NCBI GenBank assembly: GCA_050309605.1
Contig: JBNRMN010000034.1
Coordinates: forward strand, 128,001-192,000
Direction: 5' to 3'
DNA: 64,000 nt
Origin: Anaerohalosphaeraceae bacterium
Lineage (GTDB): Bacteria > Planctomycetota > Phycisphaerae > Sedimentisphaerales > Anaerohalosphaeraceae
In this document: positions 39,944-52,721 of the stretch, piece by piece
How the letters are laid out: every line of letters begins with the position of its first letter
Numbering within the stretch: position 1 is the stretch's first letter
Program-made: the position numbers and the translations under genes
Notes under the pieces: model-generated
Databases searched by the model: none
Seen by the model: only the letters and a program-made list of their open reading frames with translations
What the model was told of the DNA's origin: nothing

Positions 39944-41740
39944 ATGGACTTATTGTTTTGGAGAGTGTCGATGCGGAATAAAAGAGTTTTGACGTGGGTG
40001 GGGTTATTGGTTTTGTCGGCGGCGGGACAGGTTGTTGCCCAAAGTCTGGAAGAGGACTGGGGGTCTTTTCTGCATTATACTGCCATCGGACGCTTCGAAC
40101 TGGCCAAAGGGTACGGCCAGCGCATTGTGGCTCAGGATCCGGACCCGACGGCACTGCTGGATTTGGCCGAGGCCAATGAGCAAGGCTATCGGCTGCTGTT
40201 GAAAATGCATGCCGACAGTGACGTTTTACGCGACGTCAGCGGACAGATCCTCGATATCATTGAGCAGGGGCGGTATATTCGTCGCACCGATCCGAGAATC
40301 ATCAATCAGGAAATTCGACGTCTGAGTACCACCATCCGAGGACGCATCGCAGCCGAAGAACGCCTGCGCAATGCCGGCGAATACGCGATTCCGTTTATGC
40401 TCTCGGCGATGGCCGATGAATCGCGAAAGAACGAATTTGCGTTTATTACCGATGCGCTGCCGAAAATCGGCCGCTCGGCGATTCGTCCGCTGACGGCCGC
40501 CCTTCAAATGGACAATGTCGCGGTCAGGGCCGAGGTCATCCGTGCCTTGGGCAAGATCGGGACTATGGAACCGCTGCCGTACCTGAAATTGATTGTCGAG
40601 CAGGATGTTTCCGAATCCTGTCGAGCACTGGCAACCAGCGCAATTGAACAAATTGACAGCGCTGCGATGAAGATTCCGGCTGCGGAACTGTTTTTCCGTT
40701 TAGGGCAGGCCTACTATAACCGCCACGATGTGCTGGCGCCGCCTGCCGAATACGATTTTGCCAATATCTGGTTTTGGGATGCGGATCGACAGGCGCTGAT
40801 TCGCGAAGAAGTCAGCAAAGCCTATTTCAACGAGTTGATGGCGATGCGCTGCTGCGAATGGACGTTGAAGGCCGATGCCGGCATGGGCAAGGCCATTGGC
40901 TTGTGGATTGCCGCGTTTTTCCGGGCCGAATCGGCGAATATCCCGATGCCGGAATACTTTGGCCCTGGACATGCCGACGCTCATACCTATGCCGTTACGG
41001 CCGGACCGGAATACCTGCACCAGGCGCTGGAACGGGCGTTGAAGAACAACGAGGCGTATGTCGCTTTGGGTGTGGTCGAGGCGCTGGCGATCAATGCGGG
41101 CGAAAAATCGCTGTTGTATCGCGTCGGTGCGTCTCAGCCGCTGGCCGAGGCGCTGAGTTTTGACGATCGCAAGGTGCGGTACAGCGCCGCCATTGCATTC
41201 GCCGAGGCCGGGCCGGTGTCCTCATTTGTGGGCAGCGAGTTGATCGTTGAGCATCTGGCGGCGGCGCTGCTCGAGCAAGGCGCAGATGAACTCGGCGAGG
41301 AATTGGCACGCGAATATGCCAAGCGTTCCGTGGAGGCGATGTATAAGCTGGCGTTGTCGCGCAACCAGATCGTTGATTTATCGCTGGCCCAGCCGGCATT
41401 GATTACCATCACCGGTCGGGAAGAACCGTCGATGCAGACGGCTGCCGGACAGGTGCTGGCGTATTTGTCCAGTCCCGAGGCGCAGCGAGCGCTTGCCGAT
41501 ATGGCATTGAACGCGCAAAACATCAAAGACGTGCGGCTGTCGGCGTTTTCATCGTTGGCGCTGTCTGCCAAATTGAACGCCAATCTGCTGTTGAGCGAAC
41601 ATATCGACGCTCTGTATGAGCTGATCAGTTCAACGGAAACGGATCCGCAGCTGCGAGCCGGCGCCGCCGGCGCTTTTGGGGCGTTGAATCTGCCCAGCGA
41701 ACGGGCCAAAACCCTGATTCTCGATCAGGCGCGATCATAG
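39944..41740 (+). CDS. Exported HEAT-repeat protein
   Basis: Signal-peptide-like N-terminus; alpha-helical repeats such as VRAEVIRALGKIG and VRYSAAIAFAE. Start could be 39971. Confidence 0.7.
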   Translation: MDLLFWRVSMRNKRVLTWVGLLVLSAAGQVVAQSLEEDWGSFLHYTAIGRFELAKGYGQRIVAQDPDPTALLDLAEANEQGYRLLLKMHADSDVLRDVSGQILDIIEQGRYIRRTDPRIINQEIRRLSTTIRGRIAAEERLRNAGEYAIPFMLSAMADESRKNEFAFITDALPKIGRSAIRPLTAALQMDNVAVRAEVIRALGKIGTMEPLPYLKLIVEQDVSESCRALATSAIEQIDSAAMKIPAAELFFRLGQAYYNRHDVLAPPAEYDFANIWFWDADRQALIREEVSKAYFNELMAMRCCEWTLKADAGMGKAIGLWIAAFFRAESANIPMPEYFGPGHADAHTYAVTAGPEYLHQALERALKNNEAYVALGVVEALAINAGEKSLLYRVGASQPLAEALSFDDRKVRYSAAIAFAEAGPVSSFVGSELIVEHLAAALLEQGADELGEELAREYAKRSVEAMYKLALSRNQIVDLSLAQPALITITGREEPSMQTAAGQVLAYLSSPEAQRALADMALNAQNIKDVRLSAFSSLALSAKLNANLLLSEHIDALYELISSTETDPQLRAGAAGAFGALNLPSERAKTLILDQARS

Positions 41741-41774
41741 TCAATTGTAAATCAAAGCCGCGGAAAGACGGTCG

Positions 41775-42056
41775 ATGTCCGTGAGCAAAAAAAAGCGATT
41801 TGCTGATAATGCGTACTATCGCGGCGCCTTTCGCTGGATGGGGGTGGGCATCGAGTTTTGTCTGGTTATCGGGCTGTTCTGTTTGATTGGCTATGGTCTG
41901 GATCGATGGGAAGGAACCGCTCCGGGGTGGATGCTGATTGGATTTTTTGTCGGTTTTGCCGTTATGCTTTATATCATCATCCGGCGCGCCAGAATCACGC
42001 AGGACGAGATGAATGCTGACGATGAAGACGCCGAACGGCGGGAAAATTCGAAATAA
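41775..42056 (+). CDS. AtpZ/AtpI-family ATP synthase accessory protein
   Basis: GIEFCLVIGLFCLIGYGLDRW..PGWMLIG two-TM motif at the head of the atp operon. Confidence 0.8.
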   Translation: MSVSKKKRFADNAYYRGAFRWMGVGIEFCLVIGLFCLIGYGLDRWEGTAPGWMLIGFFVGFAVMLYIIIRRARITQDEMNADDEDAERRENSK

Positions 42057-42528
42057 TCGAAACGACAATACGTGGCGGCCTCCTTTTTTTATGCGCTTTC
42101 CGTGGGGACGGGTTGCCGCCGGTCTGGTCGGGCTGTATCTGGCGTGTATGTTCGTCTATCGGATTAGCCACATTGGCGGGCAAAGCGTCTCACGGGCGTG
42201 TTTTGCAGCGATGTTCACCGCGCTGGCCGCAGGGACGTTAAGCGTCTGTCCGATTGCCAAATGCTGGGGACATACCCAGTGGCGCATCCTGCTGGGATTT
42301 TTTTTGGGTTTTTTAATTCGCCTCTTGATTATCAGTATAGGGGTAATTATAATAACTTTTTTTATTGACATTAACAGGATTTCATTTATCTTGTTTCTGA
42401 AATTATATTACTTTTTCTTTCTTGTCGGCGATGTCTGGCTGGCGACGTGGATGATTCGGCACAGCGAAACGTCGGGGAAGAAAGGGTCTTTGAATGGGAA
42501 TATATGGGATATTGTTGAGCAGCTTTGA
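42013..42528 (+). CDS. AtpI-like 4-TM membrane protein
   Basis: Four hydrophobic helices, located between atpZ and atpB; start uncertain (possibly 42091). Confidence 0.55.
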   Translation: MLTMKTPNGGKIRNNRNDNTWRPPFFMRFPWGRVAAGLVGLYLACMFVYRISHIGGQSVSRACFAAMFTALAAGTLSVCPIAKCWGHTQWRILLGFFLGFLIRLLIISIGVIIITFFIDINRISFILFLKLYYFFFLVGDVWLATWMIRHSETSGKKGSLNGNIWDIVEQL

Positions 42529-43300
42529 TCCGCTGCAAGAAGTGTCCAGCAAGACGCTTTTTGTCCTGCGTCTGGGTTTGCTGCAGATTCCCTTTACCAA
42601 CCATATGCTGATTGTGACCCTGACGGCACTGCTTTTGATGCTTCTGATTCCGCTGTCCATTCGCCGTGATGTTCGTATTCCTCGTGGATTTCACAGTCTG
42701 ATTGAAACCATTTGTGTTTTTTTGCGGGAGGATGTGGCCCGCCCTTTTTTGAAAGATTATACCGATCGCTATATCGGGGTCTTATGGTCGTTGTTTTTCT
42801 TTATTCTCGGCCTGAACCTGATGGGTCTTGTGCCGTTGGATAAGTTTGTCTGGCTGGCAACACACATCGAGCACAATAACATCGTCGGTGCACCGACAAG
42901 CAATATCTGGATAACGGGTGCTTTGGCCGCCTTTGCGTTTATACTGTTTCATCTGGCCGGCATTCGAAAAAAAGGACTGGGCCGTTATCTGGCGACGTTA
43001 TCGCCGAAAGTACCGTGGCCGCTGATGCCGTTTATGTTTATTATGGAGCTGCTCAGTTCGTTTGTACGGCTTTTTTCGCTGGCGATTCGTTTGTTTGCCA
43101 ATATCCTGGCCGGGCACATCCTGCTGGGGGTATTGCTGGGGTTTATCGTGATGTTCAAGACATTTATGGTCGCCGGTGCGTCGATTGTGGCAACCACATT
43201 GATGAGCTTGCTGGAGATTTTTGTAGCGTTTTTGCAGGCGTATATCTTTACGTTTTTGACGACCATCTTTATCGGATTTGCCATCAGCGACGATCATTAA
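42494..43300 (+). CDS. atpB: F0 subunit a
   Basis: SLAIRLFANILAGH and LQAYIFTFLT. Confidence 0.95.
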   Translation: MGIYGILLSSFDPLQEVSSKTLFVLRLGLLQIPFTNHMLIVTLTALLLMLLIPLSIRRDVRIPRGFHSLIETICVFLREDVARPFLKDYTDRYIGVLWSLFFFILGLNLMGLVPLDKFVWLATHIEHNNIVGAPTSNIWITGALAAFAFILFHLAGIRKKGLGRYLATLSPKVPWPLMPFMFIMELLSSFVRLFSLAIRLFANILAGHILLGVLLGFIVMFKTFMVAGASIVATTLMSLLEIFVAFLQAYIFTFLTTIFIGFAISDDH

Positions 43301-43408
43301 AAGAAAACCCCGACTCTAAAACGTAAGACAAAACAAACTTGAGTTTTTGAAATTGCGGTGAAAACGCAGTTGACGGTATTGATATTCTAATCTGGAGGTT
43401 ACAACACA

Positions 43409-43723
43409 ATGTTGGAATTGGTTTGGATGGTTCCGATGGCGCTGGCGGCTGACGCGGTCGAACCCGTCGCGGCAACCGGCGGCTCTGTGGCCGAATCGGT
43501 CGTTCAAGGCATCGGCGTCTTGGGCGGTGTTATCGGTGCCGGTCTGATTGTGATCGGCGCTGCTCGCGGCATCGGCCATTTGGCCAGCAGCGCCACCGAG
43601 GCCATTGCCCGTCAGCCGGAGGCAGGCAACCGTATCTTTACTACCATGATCATCGCGGCGGCCCTGATCGAAGGCGTGACGCTGTTTGCTCTGATCATTT
43701 GCCTGATGGCGGTTTTCCGTTAA
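43409..43723 (+). CDS. atpE: F0 subunit c (H+-type), with N-terminal extension
   Basis: ARQPE loop and ALIEGV; GGAGG RBS. Confidence 0.95.
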   Translation: MLELVWMVPMALAADAVEPVAATGGSVAESVVQGIGVLGGVIGAGLIVIGAARGIGHLASSATEAIARQPEAGNRIFTTMIIAAALIEGVTLFALIICLMAVFR

Positions 43724-43745
43724 CAGTTACCAGCAACGCAAGGAT

Positions 43746-44354
43746 ATGGTTATGCGGGTTGGCCTATATGTGATCCTGTCAGGGATGCTGCTCTCGGCAC
43801 CGATCTCGGCGCAGACGGAGGCCGAGTCGTCCCCCGGTGTTTTCGAGGGGTACATCGGCGAGTCCATCTGGACGCTGATCTGGTTTATGGTACTGCTGCT
43901 GGTACTGTGGCGTTTCGCCTGGAAGCCGATCCTGGTCAGCCTCAATTTGCGACAGGAACACATTGAGCGGGAAATAGCCGACGCCGAAAAAATGCGCACC
44001 GAGGCCCAGAAAGTTCTGGCTGAATACCACGCCAAGCTGTCGGATGCCGACAGGCAGGGGCGCGAAATCATCAATGCCCGGATCAAAGAAGCCGAAAAAC
44101 AAGCGATGGAAGTCGAACAAGCCAAACAGCGTGAAATCGAGCAGATGATGCGTCGCGCTGAGGCCGAACTGCAGCGCGATCGGCAGGACGCCGAAGAAGC
44201 ACTCTGGCAGCAGGCCGGCGAAATTGTTCGTCAGCTCGGCAGTGAAGTCTTCGGCAAAAGCCTCAACGAACAAGATAATCAGAAACTGATTGACCAAGCG
44301 ATTGCCCATTTGCGTTCGCAGACGGTTGAAACGGAAATGCATCATCACTCCTGA
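43746..44354 (+). CDS. atpF: F0 subunit b
   Basis: TM segment with FAWKPIL followed by a coiled coil. Confidence 0.92.
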   Translation: MVMRVGLYVILSGMLLSAPISAQTEAESSPGVFEGYIGESIWTLIWFMVLLLVLWRFAWKPILVSLNLRQEHIEREIADAEKMRTEAQKVLAEYHAKLSDADRQGREIINARIKEAEKQAMEVEQAKQREIEQMMRRAEAELQRDRQDAEEALWQQAGEIVRQLGSEVFGKSLNEQDNQKLIDQAIAHLRSQTVETEMHHHS

Positions 44355-44372
44355 TCGGCGAGCGGGGCGTCT

Positions 44373-44960
44373 ATGAAACATACGGCACGACATATCATTC
44401 ACGAAATTTACAGCGACGTGCTGTTTGAATTGGCCCAGGAGGCCGGACGGGTTGGGCCGGTTCTGGACGATTTGGAGGCGGTCGTCAAAGTGTTTGAGGC
44501 CGAACCGGAGTTTTTAACCCTGCTGACGGTCGGGCAGTTGAAAGAAGAGGAAAAAAACGCCGTGCTGAAGCGGGTGTTGGGCGGGCGGATTAACGAGTTG
44601 ACGCTGGATTTTTTGTGCGTCCTGGCACGGCGGAATCGACTCAATTACCTGTTCGGCATTCACGACCGTTATCTGACGCTGATGGATCAGTCTCAGGATA
44701 TTCAACATCTTGAGGTCACGCTGGCCGCCGCTCCCGACGACCGGCAGATTGAGAAAATCAAACAGGATATCAAGCGGGCCGTGGGAACCGAAGTTAAGTT
44801 GTCGGTACAGGTCGATCCGGATATTCTGGGCGGCATCATCATTCGAAAAGGCGACAGGGTCATTGATAATTCGGTACGTTCTCTGCTGGATCGGGCGGTC
44901 AAAGCCGTGGTCAGCCGTTCAAAGGAAAAAAAACAAAACCAAAATCACTTGAATGAATAG
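44373..44960 (+). CDS. atpH: F1 subunit delta
   Basis: [22 protein letters not shown] motif. Confidence 0.92.
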   Translation: MKHTARHIIHEIYSDVLFELAQEAGRVGPVLDDLEAVVKVFEAEPEFLTLLTVGQLKEEEKNAVLKRVLGGRINELTLDFLCVLARRNRLNYLFGIHDRYLTLMDQSQDIQHLEVTLAAAPDDRQIEKIKQDIKRAVGTEVKLSVQVDPDILGGIIIRKGDRVIDNSVRSLLDRAVKAVVSRSKEKKQNQNHLNE

Positions 44961-44977
44961 GTCTGTTCATAGCTCTT

Positions 44978-46501
44978 ATGCGATTTGATATCAATGAAAT
45001 CAGCAGCCTGATCAAAGAAGAAGTGCTTCGCTTCAAGGCCGAAGCCGACGTCGCACAAGTGGGAACCGTGCTGGAGGTCGGCGACGGAATCGCCCGTGTC
45101 TATGGGCTGGATTCGGTCATGGCCGGCGAAATGCTTGAGTTTGAAAACGGGGTGGTCGGCGAGGCGTTCAATCTTGAGGAAGATTCCATCGGCGCTGTCA
45201 TTTACGGCGACTTCACAAAAGTCAAAGACGGCGGCCAGGTGCGCTCGACCGGCCAGGTTCTGTCGGTTCCGGTCGGCCGGGAGCTGCTGGGGCGTGTGGT
45301 CAACGCCCTGTGTGAGCCGATTGACGGAAAAGGCCCGATTCGCACTGAAAAGCGGCGGTTCGTCGATGCCGCCGCGCCCGGCATTGCTGATCGTCAGCCG
45401 GTTTGCCAGCCGCTGCCGACCGGCCTGAAAAGTGTCGATGCCATGGTCGCTATCGGCAGGGGACAGCGTGAATTGATTATTGGCGACCGCAAGACCGGCA
45501 AGACGGCTATTGCCCTGGATACCATTATAAACCAGAAAGACCGGGATGTGGCGTGTGTCTATGTGGCAATCGGTCAGAAAGAATCCACGATCGCCGAGGT
45601 CGTGGCCACGCTCGAAAAATACGGCGCGATGGCACATACCGTCGTGGTCGCGGCGCCGGCCGCCGACAGTGCGGCGATGCAGTACATCGCGCCTTATGCC
45701 GGTACGGCGATTGCCGAGTACTTGATGTATGACGAAAAAGCACACGCCCTTTGTGTGTACGATGATTTGAGCAAGCATGCGATTGCCTACCGCGAACTGA
45801 GTCTTTTGCTTCGTCGTCCGCCGGGGCGTGAAGCGTTTCCGGGTGATATTTTCTACCTGCACAGCCGCCTGCTTGAACGCAGCGCCAAGCTGTCGGATGC
45901 TCTGGGCGGCGGCTCGATCACGGCTTTGCCGATTATTGAGACGCTGGAAGGCCAGGTTTCAGCTTATATTCCGACCAATATTATTTCGATTACGGATGGG
46001 CAAATTTATCTGCAGCGCGATCTGTTTTTGGCTGGTGTCCGTCCGGCGGTTGATGTCGGCATCAGTGTCAGCCGCGTCGGCGGCGATGCGCAGCCCCGGG
46101 CGATGAAAAAAGTCGCTCCCAAACTCCGGCTCGAACTGGCGGCCTTTCGTGAACTTCAGGATTTTTCCCGACTGGGTACGGAACTGGACGAGGCGGCCCA
46201 GCGCCAGTTGGACCGCGGCCATCGTATGGTCGAGCTGCTCAAACAGAAACAGTACTCGCCGATGAGTGTTGCCGAGCAGGTGATAAGTATTCTTGCCGGT
46301 TCCACGGGAGCGCTGGATGACATTGAAGTCGCCCGCGTCAACCACTTTGTCGAAGAACTGCTCGGCTGGATGCGGATGGAAGCGCCGGAATATATTGAAA
46401 CCATCGAACAAACCGGTGATATCGACCAGTCGCTGATGGCCGGTTTGACCGAGGCGGTTGAAGCGTACAAAACAATCTATAAGTTTTCTTTCGGCGCCTA
46501 A
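44978..46501 (+). CDS. atpA: F1 subunit alpha
   Basis: [17 protein letters not shown] and [23 protein letters not shown]. Confidence 0.97.
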   Translation: MRFDINEISSLIKEEVLRFKAEADVAQVGTVLEVGDGIARVYGLDSVMAGEMLEFENGVVGEAFNLEEDSIGAVIYGDFTKVKDGGQVRSTGQVLSVPVGRELLGRVVNALCEPIDGKGPIRTEKRRFVDAAAPGIADRQPVCQPLPTGLKSVDAMVAIGRGQRELIIGDRKTGKTAIALDTIINQKDRDVACVYVAIGQKESTIAEVVATLEKYGAMAHTVVVAAPAADSAAMQYIAPYAGTAIAEYLMYDEKAHALCVYDDLSKHAIAYRELSLLLRRPPGREAFPGDIFYLHSRLLERSAKLSDALGGGSITALPIIETLEGQVSAYIPTNIISITDGQIYLQRDLFLAGVRPAVDVGISVSRVGGDAQPRAMKKVAPKLRLELAAFRELQDFSRLGTELDEAAQRQLDRGHRMVELLKQKQYSPMSVAEQVISILAGSTGALDDIEVARVNHFVEELLGWMRMEAPEYIETIEQTGDIDQSLMAGLTEAVEAYKTIYKFSFGA

Positions 46502-46578
46502 TCAGGGTCTGGCATCTTATCTGAGGTTTACGACCTGAAATTGCAAAAGTTGAAATCCAAAAATCCAGATAACGATCT

Positions 46579-47472
46579 ATGTCAAATACGCGACGCATTT
46601 TGAAACGCCGCTCGGCGGCCGACAATATTGCCAAAGTGACCGGCACGATGGAGACCATCAGTGCCGTGCGCTATCGACAGTACTTTATTCAATGGCAGGA
46701 AGGTCGCGCGTTTTACGATGCGCTGGCTCAGCTTGCGTATCTGGTGGTTTCGGCCGAGCAGCCTATTGACCATCCGCTGATGAAACCGCCGGCCTCCAAA
46801 ACCCAGGTCGTCCTTGTCATCGGTTCGGATCGCGGTTTGTGCGGGGCCTATAACAATGACCTCTACCGGCAGATTGATACCCACGTCAAGATGGCCAAGC
46901 GCTTTGGTCGTGAATTGGTGTTTTACGCCAAAGGGCGAAAGGTGGTTGGCTATCTCGAACATCACGGTATCCGACCGGCGCGGGTGTTCGATGAGTTTGC
47001 CGAAATCCCAACAGTTGAACAGACACGAACGATTGCCGACGAATTTACGCAGCAGTATCTGGCGGGACAAATCGGCAGGCTGGGAGTAGTGTATAATCGG
47101 TTTTTTTCAGCGGCCAGCCAGAAGGTTCAAACACTGACGGTATTGCCGGTGGCCGAACTCATCGACGATCTGACGACGCGGGCGACGGTCATCTGGCCGT
47201 GGGAACTGAATTTTGAGGATTTTATGCTGCTGCCGTCGGCGGCGGAGATTTTCGAGGGGTTGTCCCGAATGATTATTCGCACGTCGATTCTTGATTGTTT
47301 TATGGAAGCGGCGGTCAGCGAACATCTGTCGCGTGTGGTGTGTATGCGCAACGCCACCGACAACGCCGAAGAGATGATTAAAGAATTGTCCAAAGACTAC
47401 AACCGCGCTCGACAGGCACAGATTACCGTTGAGTTGCTGGATATCGTCAGCGGCGTCGAGTCAATGAAATAG
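46579..47472 (+). CDS. atpG: F1 subunit gamma
   Basis: SDRGLCGAYN, MRNATDNA and YNRARQAQIT. Confidence 0.95.
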   Translation: MSNTRRILKRRSAADNIAKVTGTMETISAVRYRQYFIQWQEGRAFYDALAQLAYLVVSAEQPIDHPLMKPPASKTQVVLVIGSDRGLCGAYNNDLYRQIDTHVKMAKRFGRELVFYAKGRKVVGYLEHHGIRPARVFDEFAEIPTVEQTRTIADEFTQQYLAGQIGRLGVVYNRFFSAASQKVQTLTVLPVAELIDDLTTRATVIWPWELNFEDFMLLPSAAEIFEGLSRMIIRTSILDCFMEAAVSEHLSRVVCMRNATDNAEEMIKELSKDYNRARQAQITVELLDIVSGVESMK

Positions 47473-47525
47473 TTGAATGTTTAGCAGGAAGCGGTTCAGT
47501 GCGTATGTATTGAGATAACAGGTAA

Positions 47526-48947
<1,422 letters not shown>

Positions 48948-48996
48948 TCGGCTGACAGATGTCAAGAATGAGAATTAATTTTGGAATGTCCTGCTT

Positions 48997-49443
48997 ATGG
49001 TAGGTCTGTCACGCGGAAAATTCAGAGTGGTTTTGTTAACTCCTCAAGCCGGCCTGCTGGACTGTCGAGCCGGATCGGTGGTGTTGCCGGGACATGACGG
49101 CTATCTCGGTATATTGCGCAATCATTGTCCGATGTTGAGCACCGTCAGTCGGGGGATTATGCAGGTGCGGGAAATTCCCGGCCGGACGGACGCCTTTTTT
49201 ATCGTGGAAGGGGGGTTTGTACAAGTCAGCGAAAATCACGTCACGGTACTGGCTTATGAAGCGACCACCTTTGAGGGGCAGGACGAAAAAAGCATTGAAG
49301 AGATGCTGTACCACGCTCGCAGCGTGGTGGCGGGGCACGAATACATCCGCTCGCAACAGGAAGCGATTGATTATGACAAGGCGCGTCTGATAGTGCGAAT
49401 GGCCGAGATGGCCGATGTCAAGCTGGCCGCCGAAAAAGAATAA
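48997..49443 (+). CDS. atpC: F1 subunit epsilon
   Basis: LLTP...GYLGILRNHCP...GGFVQV; follows atpD. Confidence 0.88.
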   Translation: MVGLSRGKFRVVLLTPQAGLLDCRAGSVVLPGHDGYLGILRNHCPMLSTVSRGIMQVREIPGRTDAFFIVEGGFVQVSENHVTVLAYEATTFEGQDEKSIEEMLYHARSVVAGHEYIRSQQEAIDYDKARLIVRMAEMADVKLAAEKE

Positions 49444-49537
49444 TTCGCTGATTGCCGCCGACTTCCGGAAAAAAGTTTGAAATTCCGACGCCGAATAATT
49501 AGAATCACGGCACTCGGTTGAGCTTGGATAATAAAAG

Positions 49538-49831
49538 ATGACCTCGAACCAAAACAAGCATGACAGCGCATCCGCCGATTCGGCCGTTGAAGCCTTTGTT
49601 CGCGGTTTGGATGACAAATACCGGATGCTCGTAATCCTCAAATCGCAGCTTTACGGCGGGCGATGGGAGCCGATGCTTGATGACTTACAGAATCGACTTG
49701 AGGGCAAACCTTACATTTTCAAGCTGGCCAACCGAATCAAAGACGACGTGGACCGCATCGCCGTGCTGCGCGCCTTTGAACAAACGCATGACGTCGATTT
49801 GGCCGACTACATCAAGCTGGATTCGCATTGA
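49538..49831 (+). CDS. Small hypothetical protein
   Basis: Clean ORF with protein-like composition (LYGGRWEPMLDDLQNRLEGKPYIFKL). Confidence 0.7.
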   Translation: MTSNQNKHDSASADSAVEAFVRGLDDKYRMLVILKSQLYGGRWEPMLDDLQNRLEGKPYIFKLANRIKDDVDRIAVLRAFEQTHDVDLADYIKLDSH

Positions 49832-49910
49832 GTCGGTTTCGTCGGGGTGGGACGACCACCGTAGCCAACAGGTATGCAGTTAAGGCTGTCAGACACAGAT
49901 CGGAGATGAT

Positions 49911-51020
49911 ATGAAGACAAGCGTAATAAGTGTGATGTATGTGATGGTGTGGTGGGGATGTGCCGCCGCTCAGACAGTGCCCCAAAATGCAACGCCGACG
50001 TCTGAATTGATTTCGCCGGCGCTGATCGACCGGGCGGGATGGACGATGAACTGGCAGCTCAAACTGCCGCTGCGAGCGAGCGAGACAGTGGACCGGATCG
50101 TTATTTTTGATGAGTATCTTTATGTCCTGACCGACAGAAATGTATTGTTTTGTATAAACCGCCAGGCGGGGACTATGCGTTTTGTGACGCCGCTGGCCCC
50201 ACGCGGTCTGCCGATCTGCGATCCCATCTCTTTTGAGAACAACCTGCTGTTTATGGTGGGCAATGAATTGGTCGTTGTCGATCCCTGGGCCGGAACCATT
50301 GCTGAACGGTACAGTTTTGCTCAAATCGGCAATACGTATGAATGCGGACTGGCAATGAACAGCGAATATGTGTATTTGACCGGTTCAGACGCACGTCTTT
50401 ATGCCTACTCCCGCGACGGCTACTGGCGTGTCTTTTCCGCCACAGCGGATAACAATTCACCGATTATTTCACTGGCGGCGCTGGAGGACCGGGTATTGTT
50501 TGCCACGCAGGCGGGCAATGTGGTGGCCATCGCCCCCAATCGCGCGGAAAAATACTGGCAATTTGACGCCACCGGTACGATTGATTCAGAACTGGTCGTA
50601 TCCGAAGGGAAGGTCTATATCGGCAGTCACGATACCAAACTGTATCAATTGGATGTCAATACCGGGCGTTTGGCCTGGCCTTCGCCGTTTCACGCCGGCG
50701 CCCGGATTCACAAGCCCGTGGTGATCGGTCAAGACCTGGTGTACCTGACCGCCGGCACAATGGGTGTTTATGGAATCAACAAAGAGACCGGACGAGCGGT
50801 CTGGCAGGTTCGCGACGGCCTGGGGGTCTTGACCGAAACCGTCGAGCACAGCTTTGTGCTCAGTCGCCCCGGATTATTGAATGTAATGGACAATGCCACC
50901 GGCCGAAAACTTTACAGCGTCAATTTCTCGCGGGTCAGACGGTTTGCGACAAAAATGGATGAACCCAGACTCTATGTCGCTGATGAAGGCGGCCGCATTG
51001 CGGGAATTACGGTCAGATAA
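49911..51020 (+). CDS. Exported PQQ-like beta-propeller (BamB-like) protein
   Basis: Signal peptide and repeats such as LDVNTGRLAW and INKETGRAVW. Confidence 0.8.
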   Translation: MKTSVISVMYVMVWWGCAAAQTVPQNATPTSELISPALIDRAGWTMNWQLKLPLRASETVDRIVIFDEYLYVLTDRNVLFCINRQAGTMRFVTPLAPRGLPICDPISFENNLLFMVGNELVVVDPWAGTIAERYSFAQIGNTYECGLAMNSEYVYLTGSDARLYAYSRDGYWRVFSATADNNSPIISLAALEDRVLFATQAGNVVAIAPNRAEKYWQFDATGTIDSELVVSEGKVYIGSHDTKLYQLDVNTGRLAWPSPFHAGARIHKPVVIGQDLVYLTAGTMGVYGINKETGRAVWQVRDGLGVLTETVEHSFVLSRPGLLNVMDNATGRKLYSVNFSRVRRFATKMDEPRLYVADEGGRIAGITVR

Positions 51021-51103
51021 CACCGAACTCGGCTCTCGGCCGGGACTTTTGCCACGGATAATAGGGTTGATAGTTTAATTCGAGATATGGAAAGGAAACC
51101 AGC

Positions 51104-52714
51104 GTGGATATATCTATCAAACGGGCGTTGATCAGTGTATCGGATAAAACCGGTTTGACGCCGTTTGCCAAGGCGTTAAGCGAGATGGGGGTAACGATTA
51201 TCAGTACCGGCGGCACGGCCAAAGCGCTGACGGAGGCGGGCGTTCCCGTTGTCAGCGTCGATTCGGTGACCGGCTTTCCGGAGATGATGGACGGCCGCGT
51301 CAAAACACTGCACCCCAAGATTCACGGCGGCCTGCTGGGACTGCGAGACAAAGCCGATCATGTGGACGCGATGACTGCCCACGGTATTGAGCCGATTGAT
51401 TTGGTGTGCGTGAACCTGTACCCCTTTGAAAAGACCGTTGCCAAGGCCGATTGTTCATTTGACCAGGCCATCGAGAATATCGACATCGGCGGGCCGAGCA
51501 TGGTCCGTTCGGCGGCCAAAAATCATAAATTTGTTACTATTGTAACCAGTCCGTCCCAATATGACGAACTTTTGGCGGAGATGAAATCCAAAGACGGAGC
51601 AACCGGTTTGCCGCTGCGTCAGAAACTGGCGCGAGCGGCCTTTTCCCTGACGGCCTCGTATGACGCCGCCATCGCACACTATCTGACGCGACACGCCGGC
51701 GAGATATTCCCGGAACGGCTGTCAGTGGCTTTACTCAAAGAACAGGAACTGCGTTACGGCGAAAATCCCCATCAGCGCGGCGCATTTTATCGTCTGCCCG
51801 ACAGCCGTGAGGTCAGCGTCGGCAATGCGAAGCTCCTGACCGGCGGTACGCCCATCAGTTTCAATAATCTGATGGACGCCAATGCGGCTTTTGAACTGGT
51901 TAAAGAATTTGATGAACCGGCGGCCGTGGTGGTCAAGCATATGAACCCGTGCGGCTGTGCGGTCGATGCGGATATTTGTAAAGCCTACGAAAAGGCCTAT
52001 CTGGGCGATGTGGTCAGTGCGTTCGGCGGTATTGTCGCGCTGAACCGACCGGTCGATAAAGAACTGGCGACGGTCATTATGGAATCGTATGCCCGGTTCG
52101 GCAAAGCCAAAGGCGCTGCGGGCTTCTTTGCCGAAGTCATTATTGCGCCGTCCTATGAGCAGGAAGCGGTTGAAGTAATTCGCACCCTCAAAGCGTGGGG
52201 ACAGCGCGTCCGTCTGCTCGAAACCGGTCCAATTGACCGAAAACAGGTGGATGCACATCAATACGATGTCCGTTGTCTGGTCGGCGGGCTGCTCTTGCAG
52301 CAGCGCGATCTGGTCGGTTGGGAACCGGACGCACTGACGTTTCCGACGGCGGTCAAACCCACCGCCGAGCAGCTTGAGGATTTGCGCCTTGCCTGGCTGT
52401 GTGCCAAACACGTCAAGAGCAACACGATTACGCTCGTCAAAGGCCGGACGCTGGTTGGTGTAGGCGCCGGGCAGATGAACCGCGTCGAATCGGGCCTGAT
52501 CGCCGTCAAACAGGCAGGCAGCCAGGCCCAGGGTGCGGCCATGGGGTCGGACGCCTTTTTCCCGTTCCCCGACAATGTTGAAAACGCCGCTCAAGCGGGC
52601 ATTGCCTGTATCGTCCAGCCTGGCGGATCAAAGAAAGACGACGAGGTCATCGCCTGCGCGGACAAGCACGGCATCGCCATGGTCTTTACCGGAAAGCGTC
52701 ATTTCTATCATTAA
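51104..52714 (+). CDS. purH: Bifunctional AICAR transformylase/IMP cyclohydrolase
   Basis: [28 protein letters not shown] and SDAFFPF. Confidence 0.97.
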   Translation: MDISIKRALISVSDKTGLTPFAKALSEMGVTIISTGGTAKALTEAGVPVVSVDSVTGFPEMMDGRVKTLHPKIHGGLLGLRDKADHVDAMTAHGIEPIDLVCVNLYPFEKTVAKADCSFDQAIENIDIGGPSMVRSAAKNHKFVTIVTSPSQYDELLAEMKSKDGATGLPLRQKLARAAFSLTASYDAAIAHYLTRHAGEIFPERLSVALLKEQELRYGENPHQRGAFYRLPDSREVSVGNAKLLTGGTPISFNNLMDANAAFELVKEFDEPAAVVVKHMNPCGCAVDADICKAYEKAYLGDVVSAFGGIVALNRPVDKELATVIMESYARFGKAKGAAGFFAEVIIAPSYEQEAVEVIRTLKAWGQRVRLLETGPIDRKQVDAHQYDVRCLVGGLLLQQRDLVGWEPDALTFPTAVKPTAEQLEDLRLAWLCAKHVKSNTITLVKGRTLVGVGAGQMNRVESGLIAVKQAGSQAQGAAMGSDAFFPFPDNVENAAQAGIACIVQPGGSKKDDEVIACADKHGIAMVFTGKRHFYH

Positions 52715-52721
52715 TGGACAA

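Noticed and set aside
51021..51103. ZMP/ZTP riboswitch upstream of purH
   Set aside because: The spacer is only ~80 nt and I could not find the conserved pfl-motif elements.
52533..52721. Extended N-terminus of the ArnT ORF overlapping purH, and similar extensions of gltD (24180) and the NifX gene (2486)
   Set aside because: These extensions overlap upstream genes or promoters; downstream ATGs match the family N-termini better.
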